A stretch of 32,000 bases of DNA from Erysipelotrichaceae bacterium (GCA_963676105.1 OY781039.1:1410001-1442000), one strand, 5' to 3'; positions 9,176 to 21,389 are shown, numbered from the stretch's first letter. Notes: a model not told the origin generated them from the letters alone. Numbers and translations: made by a program.

Positions 9176-9195
9176 AAAAAGAGCTTTCGCTCCTT
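9176..9195 (-). terminator. Weak terminator-like hairpin after the GH1 gene
   Basis: The minus strand reads AAGGAGC-GAAA-GCTCTTT followed by TTAT. This is a 7-bp stem (one G-U pair) with a GNRA loop and only a short free U tract. Confidence 0.35.
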
Positions 9196-11102
<1,907 letters not shown>

Positions 11103-11181
11103 AATAAATTCCTCCGTCTTCACTATTCTAATAAAGTTGAAACATTTTATGTTTAAACTTTACAATATTGAAAGAATACTT

Positions 11182-11213
11182 CAAAAAAGAGTCCTTGTTT
11201 ACACAAGAACTCT
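11182..11213 (-). terminator. Rho-independent terminator after the upstream GH1 gene
   Basis: The minus-strand RNA is AGAGUUCUUG-UGUAAA-CAAGGACUCU (10-bp stem including one U-G pair) followed by UUUUUU. Confidence 0.75.
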
Positions 11214-11219
11214 TCATAA

Positions 11220-12650
<1,431 letters not shown>

Positions 12651-12702
12651 TTAATTCTCCTTTTTTCTTATTATAACAAGTTCTTTTGAAAAGTTTTTCC
12701 AA

Positions 12703-12731
12703 TTGTTTTGTGACAAATATCACATTAATAT
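12703..12731 (+). promoter_or_regulatory. Candidate flavodoxin promoter with an embedded TGTGA-N6-TCACA operator
   Basis: TTGTTT (12703-12708), a 17-nt spacer, then TAATAT (12726-12731). The spacer contains the perfect palindrome TGTGACAAATATCACA (12709-12724). Confidence 0.4.
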
Positions 12732-12779
12732 TTTAAAAGTTAACCTAGACTAACTTTATAGAAAGGACACTAAACTGAA

Positions 12780-13202
12780 ATGAAAGTTGCTGTTATCTAT
12801 AGTAGTCAAAGTGGAAACACTGAAATGATGGCTCAAGCCATCAATGAAGGCTTATTAGCTGAAGGAGCTGAAAGCGTATTGTTCTCCGCATCAAATTTTG
12901 ATGTGAAAAAAGCCAATGATTATGATCGCTTAGTCTTTGGATCACCCTCCATGGGAGATGAGGAAATAGATCAAGATTTTATGGATCCTCTATTCTCTAA
13001 TCTAGAACCCAACTTAGGAGGTAAAGAAATTGCGATGTTTGGTTCTTATGGTTGGGGAGATGGACAATTCTTAAGGTCATGGATGCAAAGAGCACAAGAC
13101 TCAAATGCTATAGTCTTAAATGAAGGTCTACTTATTAACTACACCCCTGATAGTGATGGACTTACTGAATGTCAAAACTTTGGTAAATCACTAGCGCATT
13201 AA
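12780..13202 (+). CDS. Flavodoxin (short-chain)
   Basis: 140 aa. N-terminal FMN phosphate-binding loop MKVAVIYSSQSGNTE and a GSYGWGDG loop, with size typical of short-chain flavodoxins. Confidence 0.85.
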   Translation: MKVAVIYSSQSGNTEMMAQAINEGLLAEGAESVLFSASNFDVKKANDYDRLVFGSPSMGDEEIDQDFMDPLFSNLEPNLGGKEIAMFGSYGWGDGQFLRSWMQRAQDSNAIVLNEGLLINYTPDSDGLTECQNFGKSLAH

Positions 13203-13221
13203 AAAAGCCTCAATGAGGCTT
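13203..13221. terminator. Bidirectional terminator between convergent genes
   Basis: AAAGCCTC-AAT-GAGGCTTT forms a perfect 8-bp stem, flanked by A-rich sequence 5' and TATTTAT 3'. Confidence 0.65.
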
Positions 13222-13234
13222 TATTTATGATTCA

Positions 13235-15010
13235 TTACAGGACTTTTAAACTTCCATCAGCATTTCTTGCATATTTCTTCAAGAAATCCCAAGCAATTTC
13301 TAACTGTCTGTGATCAAGTCCATGAGGCATTCTTTTAGCGAATACTAATTCATAAAGTGATAATTTTTCACTATCATTGCTATTCCAAACATGGTGAATA
13401 AAACGTTTATCATCTCCTTGAACTAAAACTTCATCTGATGTCATGCCTGTTTCAATTTCAGGATTCATGACATACGGTACAACAGTAATATTATTGTAAT
13501 TCTTCCAGTAATCAAAAGTTTTTATCCAGTCTGCTTCTGGATCTTCAATTGGCCATTTACCATCAATTAATCCAGTTTGTTGAATGACAGGCATTCTATA
13601 ATCATATTTTGCTTTTTTACTGTCTGCCATTTTCTTAGTTTTAGATTCATTCTCATCCTTTGATAAATCTAGATCAAGAATAACAGTCTTTGGATTAAAC
13701 ATTTTCATTAATGGCTGTGATTGCAGTAATGTTTGTAGATAACCCCAATGTGGTGCATTATTAGGTGCTGCTGCTGCGAAAACTTCAGGGAATGCGCATG
13801 CTAATGCATTCGTAAACATTGAACCCATTGAGAACCCTGATACATAGATACGACTTTCGTCTATTTCGTAAGTTTCTTTCATATGGTCAATCAATGCCAT
13901 CACAAAATCAAAATCACTTGGCAATGCATAATGATCCCAAACGTTCCATCTATTTTCAATGGCTGGTTTTGGATAAACAACAATAAAGCCTTCTTTTTCT
14001 GCGATTTCATGCCAGTTACTTTGTTCAGCACCATATAGCGGAATACAGTTAATTCCATGGAAGAAGAACAATAGCGGTGCTTTTTCTTTGGAGTTTTTCA
14101 ATCTCTCTGGAACAAATTCATACCATGTATGTTTAAAGTTGTCATTTACCCCTAAACTTGAATCAGCAACGTGTGGAATAAATCCCTTTTTATAAAAATC
14201 CGTTCGATCTTGATATTGACCATGTGTATCAATTTGCCATCTTCTTGTTTCAGAGAGCAGTAAATCCCATGCTTTTTTAATTTCACTTTCGCTTAATTTT
14301 TCTTTTGAAACCATTAATTTAATATTCTTATTATTTGCATTCACAAAAACATCAAGATTATCAATTTCATAAGATATTGATACCTCATTTGCTTCCTTAA
14401 GTTCTTCTGAAGCTACTAAGTTATCACAAACATAAGAAACAACAGGTGCCTTAAAACTTAATTTTTCTACGTTGTAATCTTGGGCAAAACTTCCAAGCAA
14501 CATTCCTGAAACATGTTTAGGTGTCTCTTTAGCCATTGTATAAATCATTGAAGATGAAGATTTAGTTGCACCAACATAGAAAATCATTCCATTAAATCCA
14601 GCTACATGTCCTTTACTTAATGGTAACGAGGCAAAACATCTAATTAGATATTGAATATCATCTTCTTTGCTATTTTCTTGGTTATAGTTCCAACCATCGT
14701 CCGTTGGGTTTGGGAACAAAAGAACAAAGTGTTTTTCTTCTGCTAACTCGTCGAGTTTCAAATCTTTCATTAATTTTTGAGCTGATGCTTCATCATTTTC
14801 ATCTCTAAGCACCATCAAAACTTGCGCTTGTTTTGGATGATAACAGCCTGACTTTGGAATGTAAGTATACATCGTTCTGTCAGTACCTTTTTGAGTGTCT
14901 ACTGAGTTTTCAGGTATCCAATCAATCTTTAAATCACCTTTTACTTCGTCTAATACTAAGCTTCCACCATATGGCGAAAATTTTTCAATTTCATTCATTC
15001 TATCGATCAT
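13235..15010 (-). CDS. Two-domain alpha/beta-hydrolase esterase (PHB-depolymerase/feruloyl-esterase-like C-terminal half; degenerate N-terminal half)
   Basis: 591 aa. The C-terminal half has APLLFFFHGINC...GFIVVYPK...RIYVSGFSMGSMF (GxSxG nucleophile elbow)...FAAAAPNNAP. The N-terminal half repeats the fold pattern (VLMVLRDEND...FVLLFPNP...MIFYVGATKSS), but the elbow reads GATKS. No signal peptide. AAGGGAG sits upstream of the ATG. Confidence 0.65.
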   Translation of the reverse strand: MIDRMNEIEKFSPYGGSLVLDEVKGDLKIDWIPENSVDTQKGTDRTMYTYIPKSGCYHPKQAQVLMVLRDENDEASAQKLMKDLKLDELAEEKHFVLLFPNPTDDGWNYNQENSKEDDIQYLIRCFASLPLSKGHVAGFNGMIFYVGATKSSSSMIYTMAKETPKHVSGMLLGSFAQDYNVEKLSFKAPVVSYVCDNLVASEELKEANEVSISYEIDNLDVFVNANNKNIKLMVSKEKLSESEIKKAWDLLLSETRRWQIDTHGQYQDRTDFYKKGFIPHVADSSLGVNDNFKHTWYEFVPERLKNSKEKAPLLFFFHGINCIPLYGAEQSNWHEIAEKEGFIVVYPKPAIENRWNVWDHYALPSDFDFVMALIDHMKETYEIDESRIYVSGFSMGSMFTNALACAFPEVFAAAAPNNAPHWGYLQTLLQSQPLMKMFNPKTVILDLDLSKDENESKTKKMADSKKAKYDYRMPVIQQTGLIDGKWPIEDPEADWIKTFDYWKNYNNITVVPYVMNPEIETGMTSDEVLVQGDDKRFIHHVWNSNDSEKLSLYELVFAKRMPHGLDHRQLEIAWDFLKKYARNADGSLKVL

Positions 15011-15024
15011 ATAAATTCTCCCTT

Positions 15025-16185
15025 CTAAGAAACTTTTGCAGAAGTTGGATTATAGAGACCGATTGTTTCGCGTTTTTCTCCCATAATATCCTCTTCGCTA
15101 AATTTCATATATTTAATTCCTAATCGATTATTATAAGCAAATACTAAATTCAAGTTATCGTTTGTATCTTGCATCAAATATGGATATTCATATTGTTTAT
15201 TATTTGTTCTATTCTCAGAACCAATAAAACCTTCCCCTAGCTCAACTACTCTAATCATTGGCCAAGTTTTTCCACCATCTTCTGACAACGCTATTGCAAC
15301 GGGACATCTTAAGCCTGGCCATGCAACTTTCCCAAAAGTTGGATCTGTTAAACTTGACGGATTATAAGCAATCGCCAGTCTTCCGCTATTTAATTTAATA
15401 GTACTAATACTTGAGTTATTATTTGGCAAGTCTGTTTTGATTGGTTCAGACCACGTATCCCCATTATCTTTTGATTCTGATTTGTACACATTATCAGCAT
15501 ATCTACTTCTCATAAATGCAACTAAATGTTTAGGCTCTAATTCAATAACATTGGCGTGAACACGTCCATTACTATTAGGCATTTCAACTGTTTTCCATGT
15601 ACTGCCTTTATCATCTGAAATTCTAAACGCTGTTGGATCGCCTTCTAATCCTGATTCTGAATCAGTGCAAATCCAATTTCCAAAAATCCATCGACCACTA
15701 GATAAAACTTGGATTTCTTGTCGACAAAAACTACCTGGCTCATCAATTAATACCTCAGCTTCACTCCATGTTTTTCCATAGTCATAAGATTTTTGATACT
15801 TAATGACTGAAGTGAATTGCATATTATCTTTACCTTCAACACGACTTTCTTGTGAAGTGTACATAAGCCATACTGCTTTATCAGGTGCAATGAAGAATGA
15901 TGGATTCTGTTCACTTCTAGTGTCATCATTAGAAACTTTTACTGGAACTTCCCATTTATTGGAATCTTTTTCTAATCGTGCACAAACAATACTAATATCT
16001 GCACTACCTTCAAATGATCCTGCAAACCACGCACACAATGTATCTCCATTATCTAATTCAATTAATGTAGGAGCATGTGCAGTTGCGAATTCACCTGGTG
16101 GGATGATTGCTTCCAGTAAATCCATATGTTTATTCTTATAAATCTGACCATCAATCGTTAATCCTTCTAATTCTTTATATTTCAC
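15025..16185 (-). CDS. BNR/Asp-box repeat protein, sialidase-fold (putative cytoplasmic glycoside hydrolase; specificity unknown)
   Basis: 386 aa with four Asp-boxes (SxDxGxTW): SYDYGKTW, SDDKGSTW, SKDNGDTW, SEDGGKTW. GTG start with AAAGGAG 6 nt upstream. No signal peptide. Confidence 0.75.
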   Translation of the reverse strand: MKYKELEGLTIDGQIYKNKHMDLLEAIIPPGEFATAHAPTLIELDNGDTLCAWFAGSFEGSADISIVCARLEKDSNKWEVPVKVSNDDTRSEQNPSFFIAPDKAVWLMYTSQESRVEGKDNMQFTSVIKYQKSYDYGKTWSEAEVLIDEPGSFCRQEIQVLSSGRWIFGNWICTDSESGLEGDPTAFRISDDKGSTWKTVEMPNSNGRVHANVIELEPKHLVAFMRSRYADNVYKSESKDNGDTWSEPIKTDLPNNNSSISTIKLNSGRLAIAYNPSSLTDPTFGKVAWPGLRCPVAIALSEDGGKTWPMIRVVELGEGFIGSENRTNNKQYEYPYLMQDTNDNLNLVFAYNNRLGIKYMKFSEEDIMGEKRETIGLYNPTSAKVS

Positions 16186-16187
16186 GT

Positions 16188-17237
16188 TTAACTCCTTTCA
16201 TTCGCTAATTGAATTGCGTAGTCAATTGCATTCACTAAACTTAATTCATTTGCAGTACCTTTACCTGCTTGATCAAAGGCAGTTCCATGATCAACAGATG
16301 CTCTAATAATGGGTAATCCCAAAGTAATATTTACACCTGCAACTGCATCCCACTTTTGAGTTTCTTGATTATAAACAAAGCCAATTAGTTTCATTGGAAT
16401 GTGGCCTTGATCGTGATACATGGCAACAACAATGTCATACCAACCACCTCTTGCTTTAGAGAAGATTGTATCTGGTGGAACTGGCCCCTCTACATTTAAA
16501 CCAAGATTTTGAGCTTCCTTAATTGCTGGTTCAATCTCGTTTATTTCTTCTTGACCAAACATTCCGTTTTCTCCACTGTGTGGATTTAATCCAGCAACAC
16601 CAATTTTTGGATTTTCTATACCTAAAGATTTACACGCTTGATGCGCAATATTGATAACATCAAGCACACGATCCTTTTTAACTCGATCACATGCTTCTCT
16701 TAGTGAACAATGGGTAGAAACATGAACGACTCTCATATTTTCATGCGCCAACATCATGGTATATTTTTTGGTATTTGTCATTTGCGCATAAATCTCAGTG
16801 TGTCCATCAAAATGATGACCTGCCAAATTCATTGCTTCTTTATTTAATGCATTTGTTACAGTCGCATCGACCTCATTGTTATTAGCTAATTCAATGACTT
16901 TTTTGACATATTGAAATGCAGCGTTACCGGCTTCTTTTGAGACAACACCTTTTTTTAAAGTTTCAATATTTATTAAATTCATGTCGTAAACATCAATTGT
17001 TCCGTAATCAAATTTTGCATCTGAAACTTTTTGAACTGGATTAATTTTAAGTTTTCCATTTAATCCCACATATTGTAGTGCGTTTTCTAATACTTTAGCG
17101 TCACCTACAATTATTGGTTTGCATCGATCATATAAATCTTTTTTAGCTAATGCCTTCAAAGTGATTTCAGGACCTATACTAGATGGATCTCCTAATGTGA
17201 TACCTATTATCTTTTTTTCAATCATATTAGTACCCAA
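16188..17237 (-). CDS. PdxA-family NAD-dependent 4-phospho-hydroxyacid dehydrogenase (PdxA2-like)
   Basis: 349 aa. ITLGDPSSIGPEI N-terminal motif, HHFDGHTE metal-binding motif and YHDQGHIP motif, all PdxA hallmarks. The TTG start directly abuts the upstream stop (TAATTG). An alternative ATG at 17225 is possible. Confidence 0.8.
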   Translation of the reverse strand: MGTNMIEKKIIGITLGDPSSIGPEITLKALAKKDLYDRCKPIIVGDAKVLENALQYVGLNGKLKINPVQKVSDAKFDYGTIDVYDMNLINIETLKKGVVSKEAGNAAFQYVKKVIELANNNEVDATVTNALNKEAMNLAGHHFDGHTEIYAQMTNTKKYTMMLAHENMRVVHVSTHCSLREACDRVKKDRVLDVINIAHQACKSLGIENPKIGVAGLNPHSGENGMFGQEEINEIEPAIKEAQNLGLNVEGPVPPDTIFSKARGGWYDIVVAMYHDQGHIPMKLIGFVYNQETQKWDAVAGVNITLGLPIIRASVDHGTAFDQAGKGTANELSLVNAIDYAIQLANERS

Positions 17238-18140
17238 TTATTTCATTCCTTTTGCTTTGTTTTCTTTTAAAACAAGCTCTAACGCTTTAAGCCCTTCATC
17301 AGACAATTTATTAAATGGCGCTCGACATTCACCTACAGGTTGACCGAGTTTTGATACTGCCTTTTTAACGATTGTATTAGCATTCCCAAACTTAAACACA
17401 TTTCTAAATGATCTAATACTATCTTGATAGTCTCTAGCTTTATCAATATTCCCTGCTAAAAATTCTTTATAAATAGAAACCATTACTTCTGGATACACAT
17501 TTGCACAGCCAGCAACTCCACCTTGTCCGCCAGCTAATAAATTCCACAATATCAGTGAGTCATTTCCAGATAGGACAACAAAGTCTTCACGATCTCGAGT
17601 CTGTTCAATATATTGAAGCATGTTGTCAAAGTTACCTGAACTGTCTTTAACCCCCACAATATTTTTGATTTTTGATAGTCTTTTTACAGTAGCTGGTGCA
17701 ATTGCATTATTTGTTCTAGCAGGAATGTTATATAGCAAAATTGGAATATCTACTTCCTCTGCAATTCTTTTAAAATGTTCATAGATTTCATCTTGAGATG
17801 CAGATGCAAAGGATGGAGTAATAATGGACAAAGCATCTGCTCCTATTTTCTTTGCCATTTTAGATACTTTAATTGTGTCTAAAGTTCCAATACATCCAGT
17901 ACCCGCAATAACAGGCACTCTATGATTTACTTCTTTAACAATGATATCTAAGGCATCATATTTTTCTTTATCAGATAGAATATATCCTTCACCATTCGTT
18001 CCAAATGGGAAAAGTCCTTGAACACCTGCGTCTATTAATCGATTTACTTGATTCTTAAGTTCCGCTTCATTGATGGATTCATCCTCATTCATCGGTGTTA
18101 ACATAGGCACAATAATTCCATTAAAATTAATCATATACAC
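17238..18140 (-). CDS. DapA/N-acetylneuraminate-lyase family class I aldolase (pyruvate-dependent); substrate unknown
   Basis: 300 aa. GTNGEG motif (GxxGE), LLYNIPARTN (catalytic Tyr region), and IVGVKDSSGN (Schiff-base Lys). Confidence 0.8.
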   Translation of the reverse strand: MYMINFNGIIVPMLTPMNEDESINEAELKNQVNRLIDAGVQGLFPFGTNGEGYILSDKEKYDALDIIVKEVNHRVPVIAGTGCIGTLDTIKVSKMAKKIGADALSIITPSFASASQDEIYEHFKRIAEEVDIPILLYNIPARTNNAIAPATVKRLSKIKNIVGVKDSSGNFDNMLQYIEQTRDREDFVVLSGNDSLILWNLLAGGQGGVAGCANVYPEVMVSIYKEFLAGNIDKARDYQDSIRSFRNVFKFGNANTIVKKAVSKLGQPVGECRAPFNKLSDEGLKALELVLKENKAKGMK

Positions 18141-18147
18141 TTCCTCC

Positions 18148-19296
18148 TTACATTATTTCTAAAAACAATTTTCTAGCATCTTCCGCTGAGACTTCTCGAT
18201 AGTTATTAACAAGTAATCGTTTGACATCTAATCCACCCTCAATAAGAGCATCTAGATCTTCATCACCGATTCCGAACGCGCGTAAACTATTAGGTATTTC
18301 TAGTTTATTAATAAAGTAATCTAACTTGTTAATTACCCAATCTGCTTTTTCTTCAAGACTTAGTTCTTTACGCTCATCACTTACGCGATCATATACTTTT
18401 GCTAACTGAGGTAATATCGTTGGTGCATTAAATCGCATTACCGGTACCATCATCATGGCTGTAGATACACCATGAGGGATATGATATTTACCTCCAAGAG
18501 GATAAGCTAAAGCATGGATGGCTGTTGTACCAGAAGCTGTAATGGCTACTCCTGCATAGAATGCAGCTAACATCATTGCATTCTTCTCAGTCATCGCATC
18601 GATATCAGTACATGCTTTTTCAATATTATTAAAAATCAAATCTAGCGCTTCTAAAGCATACATATCACTAAAAGGTGTTGCCTTTTTAGATGTATAACAT
18701 TCAATCGCATGAGTAAGCGCATCGATCCCAGTAGATGCTGCAATTTTTAATGGCAGTTTCTTGATCATATCAGGATCCAAAATGACATAATCTGCAATCA
18801 TTGCATTACTTACAATACCCACTTTAAGTTCTTTTTCAGGAACTAAGACAATACTGTTTGGGGTTGCTTCCGAACCTGTTCCTGCGGTTGTTGGTATCAT
18901 AAGCGTTTTAATATTTTTCACAGCTTGACTTGGATCATCAATTAAATCACGAACCGTGTATTTATCAGTTGCTGCTACAGAAGCTAATTTCGCAATATCC
19001 ATAACACTTCCGCCGCCAATCGCAATAATTAGATCGGCATTATGATTTTTAAAATCGTCGATAACCTCTTGAGCTTGATCACATGATGGCTCTACTGGAA
19101 GACTATTGAAAATAGTGTATTCCTTATTTGCTTCTTTAAGACTATTCAAAACTGTGTCAATAAGACCTAAACTTTGAATCGATTTATCTGTAAAGACCGC
19201 AACTTTATTGACTGCCTTTACAATCTCATCTACATTCTCTAATGCATTTTCGCCACTGTAGATTAAACCTGGCATTTTAAGATTAAATTGTTTCAT
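18148..19296 (-). CDS. Iron-containing (group III) alcohol dehydrogenase
   Basis: GGGSVMDIAK nucleotide-binding motif, with metal-ligand His motifs ALTHAIE and HALAYPLGGKYHIPHG. I placed the start at ATG 19296, which has GGGAGG 7 nt upstream. The track start at 19311 would translate through that SD. Confidence 0.85.
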   Translation of the reverse strand: MKQFNLKMPGLIYSGENALENVDEIVKAVNKVAVFTDKSIQSLGLIDTVLNSLKEANKEYTIFNSLPVEPSCDQAQEVIDDFKNHNADLIIAIGGGSVMDIAKLASVAATDKYTVRDLIDDPSQAVKNIKTLMIPTTAGTGSEATPNSIVLVPEKELKVGIVSNAMIADYVILDPDMIKKLPLKIAASTGIDALTHAIECYTSKKATPFSDMYALEALDLIFNNIEKACTDIDAMTEKNAMMLAAFYAGVAITASGTTAIHALAYPLGGKYHIPHGVSTAMMMVPVMRFNAPTILPQLAKVYDRVSDERKELSLEEKADWVINKLDYFINKLEIPNSLRAFGIGDEDLDALIEGGLDVKRLLVNNYREVSAEDARKLFLEIM

Positions 19297-19315
19297 GAAT
19301 GTACCTCCCAATTTA

Positions 19316-19762
19316 TTAATCTTTCTTTATTTTAAATACTATTTTTTCACAATTATTTACTGGATCAGATTTCGCACAAAGGTGTGCTTCGTTAGGATAA
19401 AAGACAACAAACTCATTTTCTTTCACCACGATATCCTCACCTTCACCACTATAGTATTGTGCATCCTTCTCACTAATGTAATCAGTAATCGGATCCAATG
19501 AAGTGTTCATACTGAATTCAAATCCTTCTAATCCTTTTAGAATTAAATGAACATCAATATAATTTTGATGTGATTCAAATCTTTCAGTTCCATTAACTCT
19601 AGTCTCAATACTTTGGCAGAAATAGAAATTTTCCTGATCTTCTGTCCACTTTTTACCATCAAATAGACTAAAGTCATTTGCTAAAACAAAATCACAAAAC
19701 GGTTTTAATTCAGGATTGTCATTTAAAACTTCCTGAATATTTTCTATATTATTCTTAATCAA
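19316..19762 (-). CDS. YhcH/YjgK/YiaL (DUF386) family protein, cupin-like; possible sugar-acid anomerase
   Basis: 148 aa. The size and sequence pattern (MIKNNIENIQ...FESHQNYIDVHLILKGLE...VVFYPNEAH) match the DUF386 beta-sandwich family. It overlaps the upstream esterase gene by 8 nt. Confidence 0.6.
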   Translation of the reverse strand: MIKNNIENIQEVLNDNPELKPFCDFVLANDFSLFDGKKWTEDQENFYFCQSIETRVNGTERFESHQNYIDVHLILKGLEGFEFSMNTSLDPITDYISEKDAQYYSGEGEDIVVKENEFVVFYPNEAHLCAKSDPVNNCEKIVFKIKKD

Positions 19763-21371
19763 TTATTGTCACCTCTTTATGTTTGTTTTTTCGTTTAAAT
19801 TTTTTCATAAACTCCCATGCTGCTCTACTTTCATCCCATATAGCTCCATGGGGCATGTCTTTCATTATGATAAATTCAACTAGCTTATCTTCATTTGAGT
19901 TAGTATAGACTTTGGTCTTAAATCGATTACCCTCAGTATATGATTTGTCTTGAGTATAGAATTGACTTGGATCAATCTTATCTTCTTTAACACAGTGATT
20001 TATTTCATATAAAACTTTTAATTCTTTATCACGTAATAGACCTGCTTTGACATCATTGTCACCAATAATTAATTGGAAAGGCATTTTATATCCACTATGA
20101 ATAAATTCTGGATGAAACACATAACTAGCAATATCTAGTTTTTCACACTCAATAATTGATGGTCCATTCCATGCAGAGGCTGCTGCAAATAAATGTGGTT
20201 TTAATGAAGCTTGTTGGCAAGTATATATGGCTCCATTAGAGAATCCACTAAGATATACTCGCTCTACATCATATGAATACTTTTCTTTCATATCATTTAG
20301 AATCGATTCAATGACTTCTGCATCTCTTTCAATCAGCCAGATGTTATCAATTGAATCAGGAATAACTAGAATGAAAGCTTTTGTCTCATCTGCTAATTTG
20401 TCCCAGCCATTCTTCTCAGCAAATACCCAACTTGGTTCGCCTCGACCGTGTATGCTAAATACCAATGGTAAACCTTTAACATCCTGTTCATTTAAACCTT
20501 TAGGCAAATAAACTGTGTAAGGGTATTTTTTATTATTAAGCACCACATGATGATGTTTAAAATATTTAGTTTTGTAGTAATCAATTTTCCCCGTATAAAG
20601 TTTTATTGTTCCATCAGGACTATTTTTCCAACGAATAATTTTATTGAAGAATTGTTCAACTATTAGTTTAGGAACGATTCTCTCATAGCCTGTGTGACTA
20701 TAAGAAGTACGTATTTGTTGTGCAGGTTCATCTATATTATGATGTTTAACCCACGTAATTTCATGATTTTGTTCAATCGTTTCAATCATGCATTTATTGA
20801 TCTTTGAAAAATATTTGTAAGTCTTATTAGAATATTTTGTTTTATCAAATAACCAAATTGCTGAAGGTAGTTCATTATTCTTAACTTTATAATCTATCGA
20901 AGGATTTTTAACTAACCAGTGATCACTGAATAGTTCAGCAGAATCGAAATCATTTGCTCCACCTTTTACCAGTGCTGATGCAGCGAATAGATTTGAGTGT
21001 TTTACTAGAACATTCCCAAGATAATCTGCCCCTTCTTCATACCCAACCGCATAAATCATCGTCTCCCATAACCATAAGTATCCATTTCTTCCCGGGATAC
21101 TTTTACCACTAACAGACTTAAAATTATTTTTTTCTTTTTTATAGGTTTCTTTTAGTCTATCTATCGAACAATCTTTCCATTTATTTTTAATAATTGGTGC
21201 AATTATGACTGCCCCATTATTTTCCACAACATCCTTCCAACCTGTTGTTTCAACAAATGATTCTAGATCTAAAGAACTTTTTGCATATGCCTCTGGAGCA
21301 CAAATAAAAATTGTTTGTACACAATCGATATCGCACTTTGTTGAAACATATGAATAGAAAGTCTGTTCCAT
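19755..21371 (-). CDS. Two-domain alpha/beta-hydrolase esterase, paralogue of 13235-15010
   Basis: The C-terminal half has LPLVFSIHGRGE...AFILVIPD...RVYLSGFSNGAIY (GxSxG)...FAAASAWNGP. In the N-terminal half the equivalent elbow reads GYEEG. I placed the start at ATG 21371, which has GGAGG 7 nt upstream. The track start at 21383 is a TTG lying within that SD. No signal peptide. Confidence 0.65.
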   Translation of the reverse strand: MEQTFYSYVSTKCDIDCVQTIFICAPEAYAKSSLDLESFVETTGWKDVVENNGAVIIAPIIKNKWKDCSIDRLKETYKKEKNNFKSVSGKSIPGRNGYLWLWETMIYAVGYEEGADYLGNVLVKHSNLFAASALVKGGANDFDSAELFSDHWLVKNPSIDYKVKNNELPSAIWLFDKTKYSNKTYKYFSKINKCMIETIEQNHEITWVKHHNIDEPAQQIRTSYSHTGYERIVPKLIVEQFFNKIIRWKNSPDGTIKLYTGKIDYYKTKYFKHHHVVLNNKKYPYTVYLPKGLNEQDVKGLPLVFSIHGRGEPSWVFAEKNGWDKLADETKAFILVIPDSIDNIWLIERDAEVIESILNDMKEKYSYDVERVYLSGFSNGAIYTCQQASLKPHLFAAASAWNGPSIIECEKLDIASYVFHPEFIHSGYKMPFQLIIGDNDVKAGLLRDKELKVLYEINHCVKEDKIDPSQFYTQDKSYTEGNRFKTKVYTNSNEDKLVEFIIMKDMPHGAIWDESRAAWEFMKKFKRKNKHKEVTIID

Positions 21372-21389
21372 AGATACCTCCAAAAATAT

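Noticed and set aside
8931-9195. A BglG/LicT-type RAT antiterminator element in the EIIC leader.
   Set aside because: I could not find sequence resembling the RAT consensus partly overlapping a terminator, and no BglG/LicT-family gene is present in the window. The leader is reported only as an unexplained structured region.
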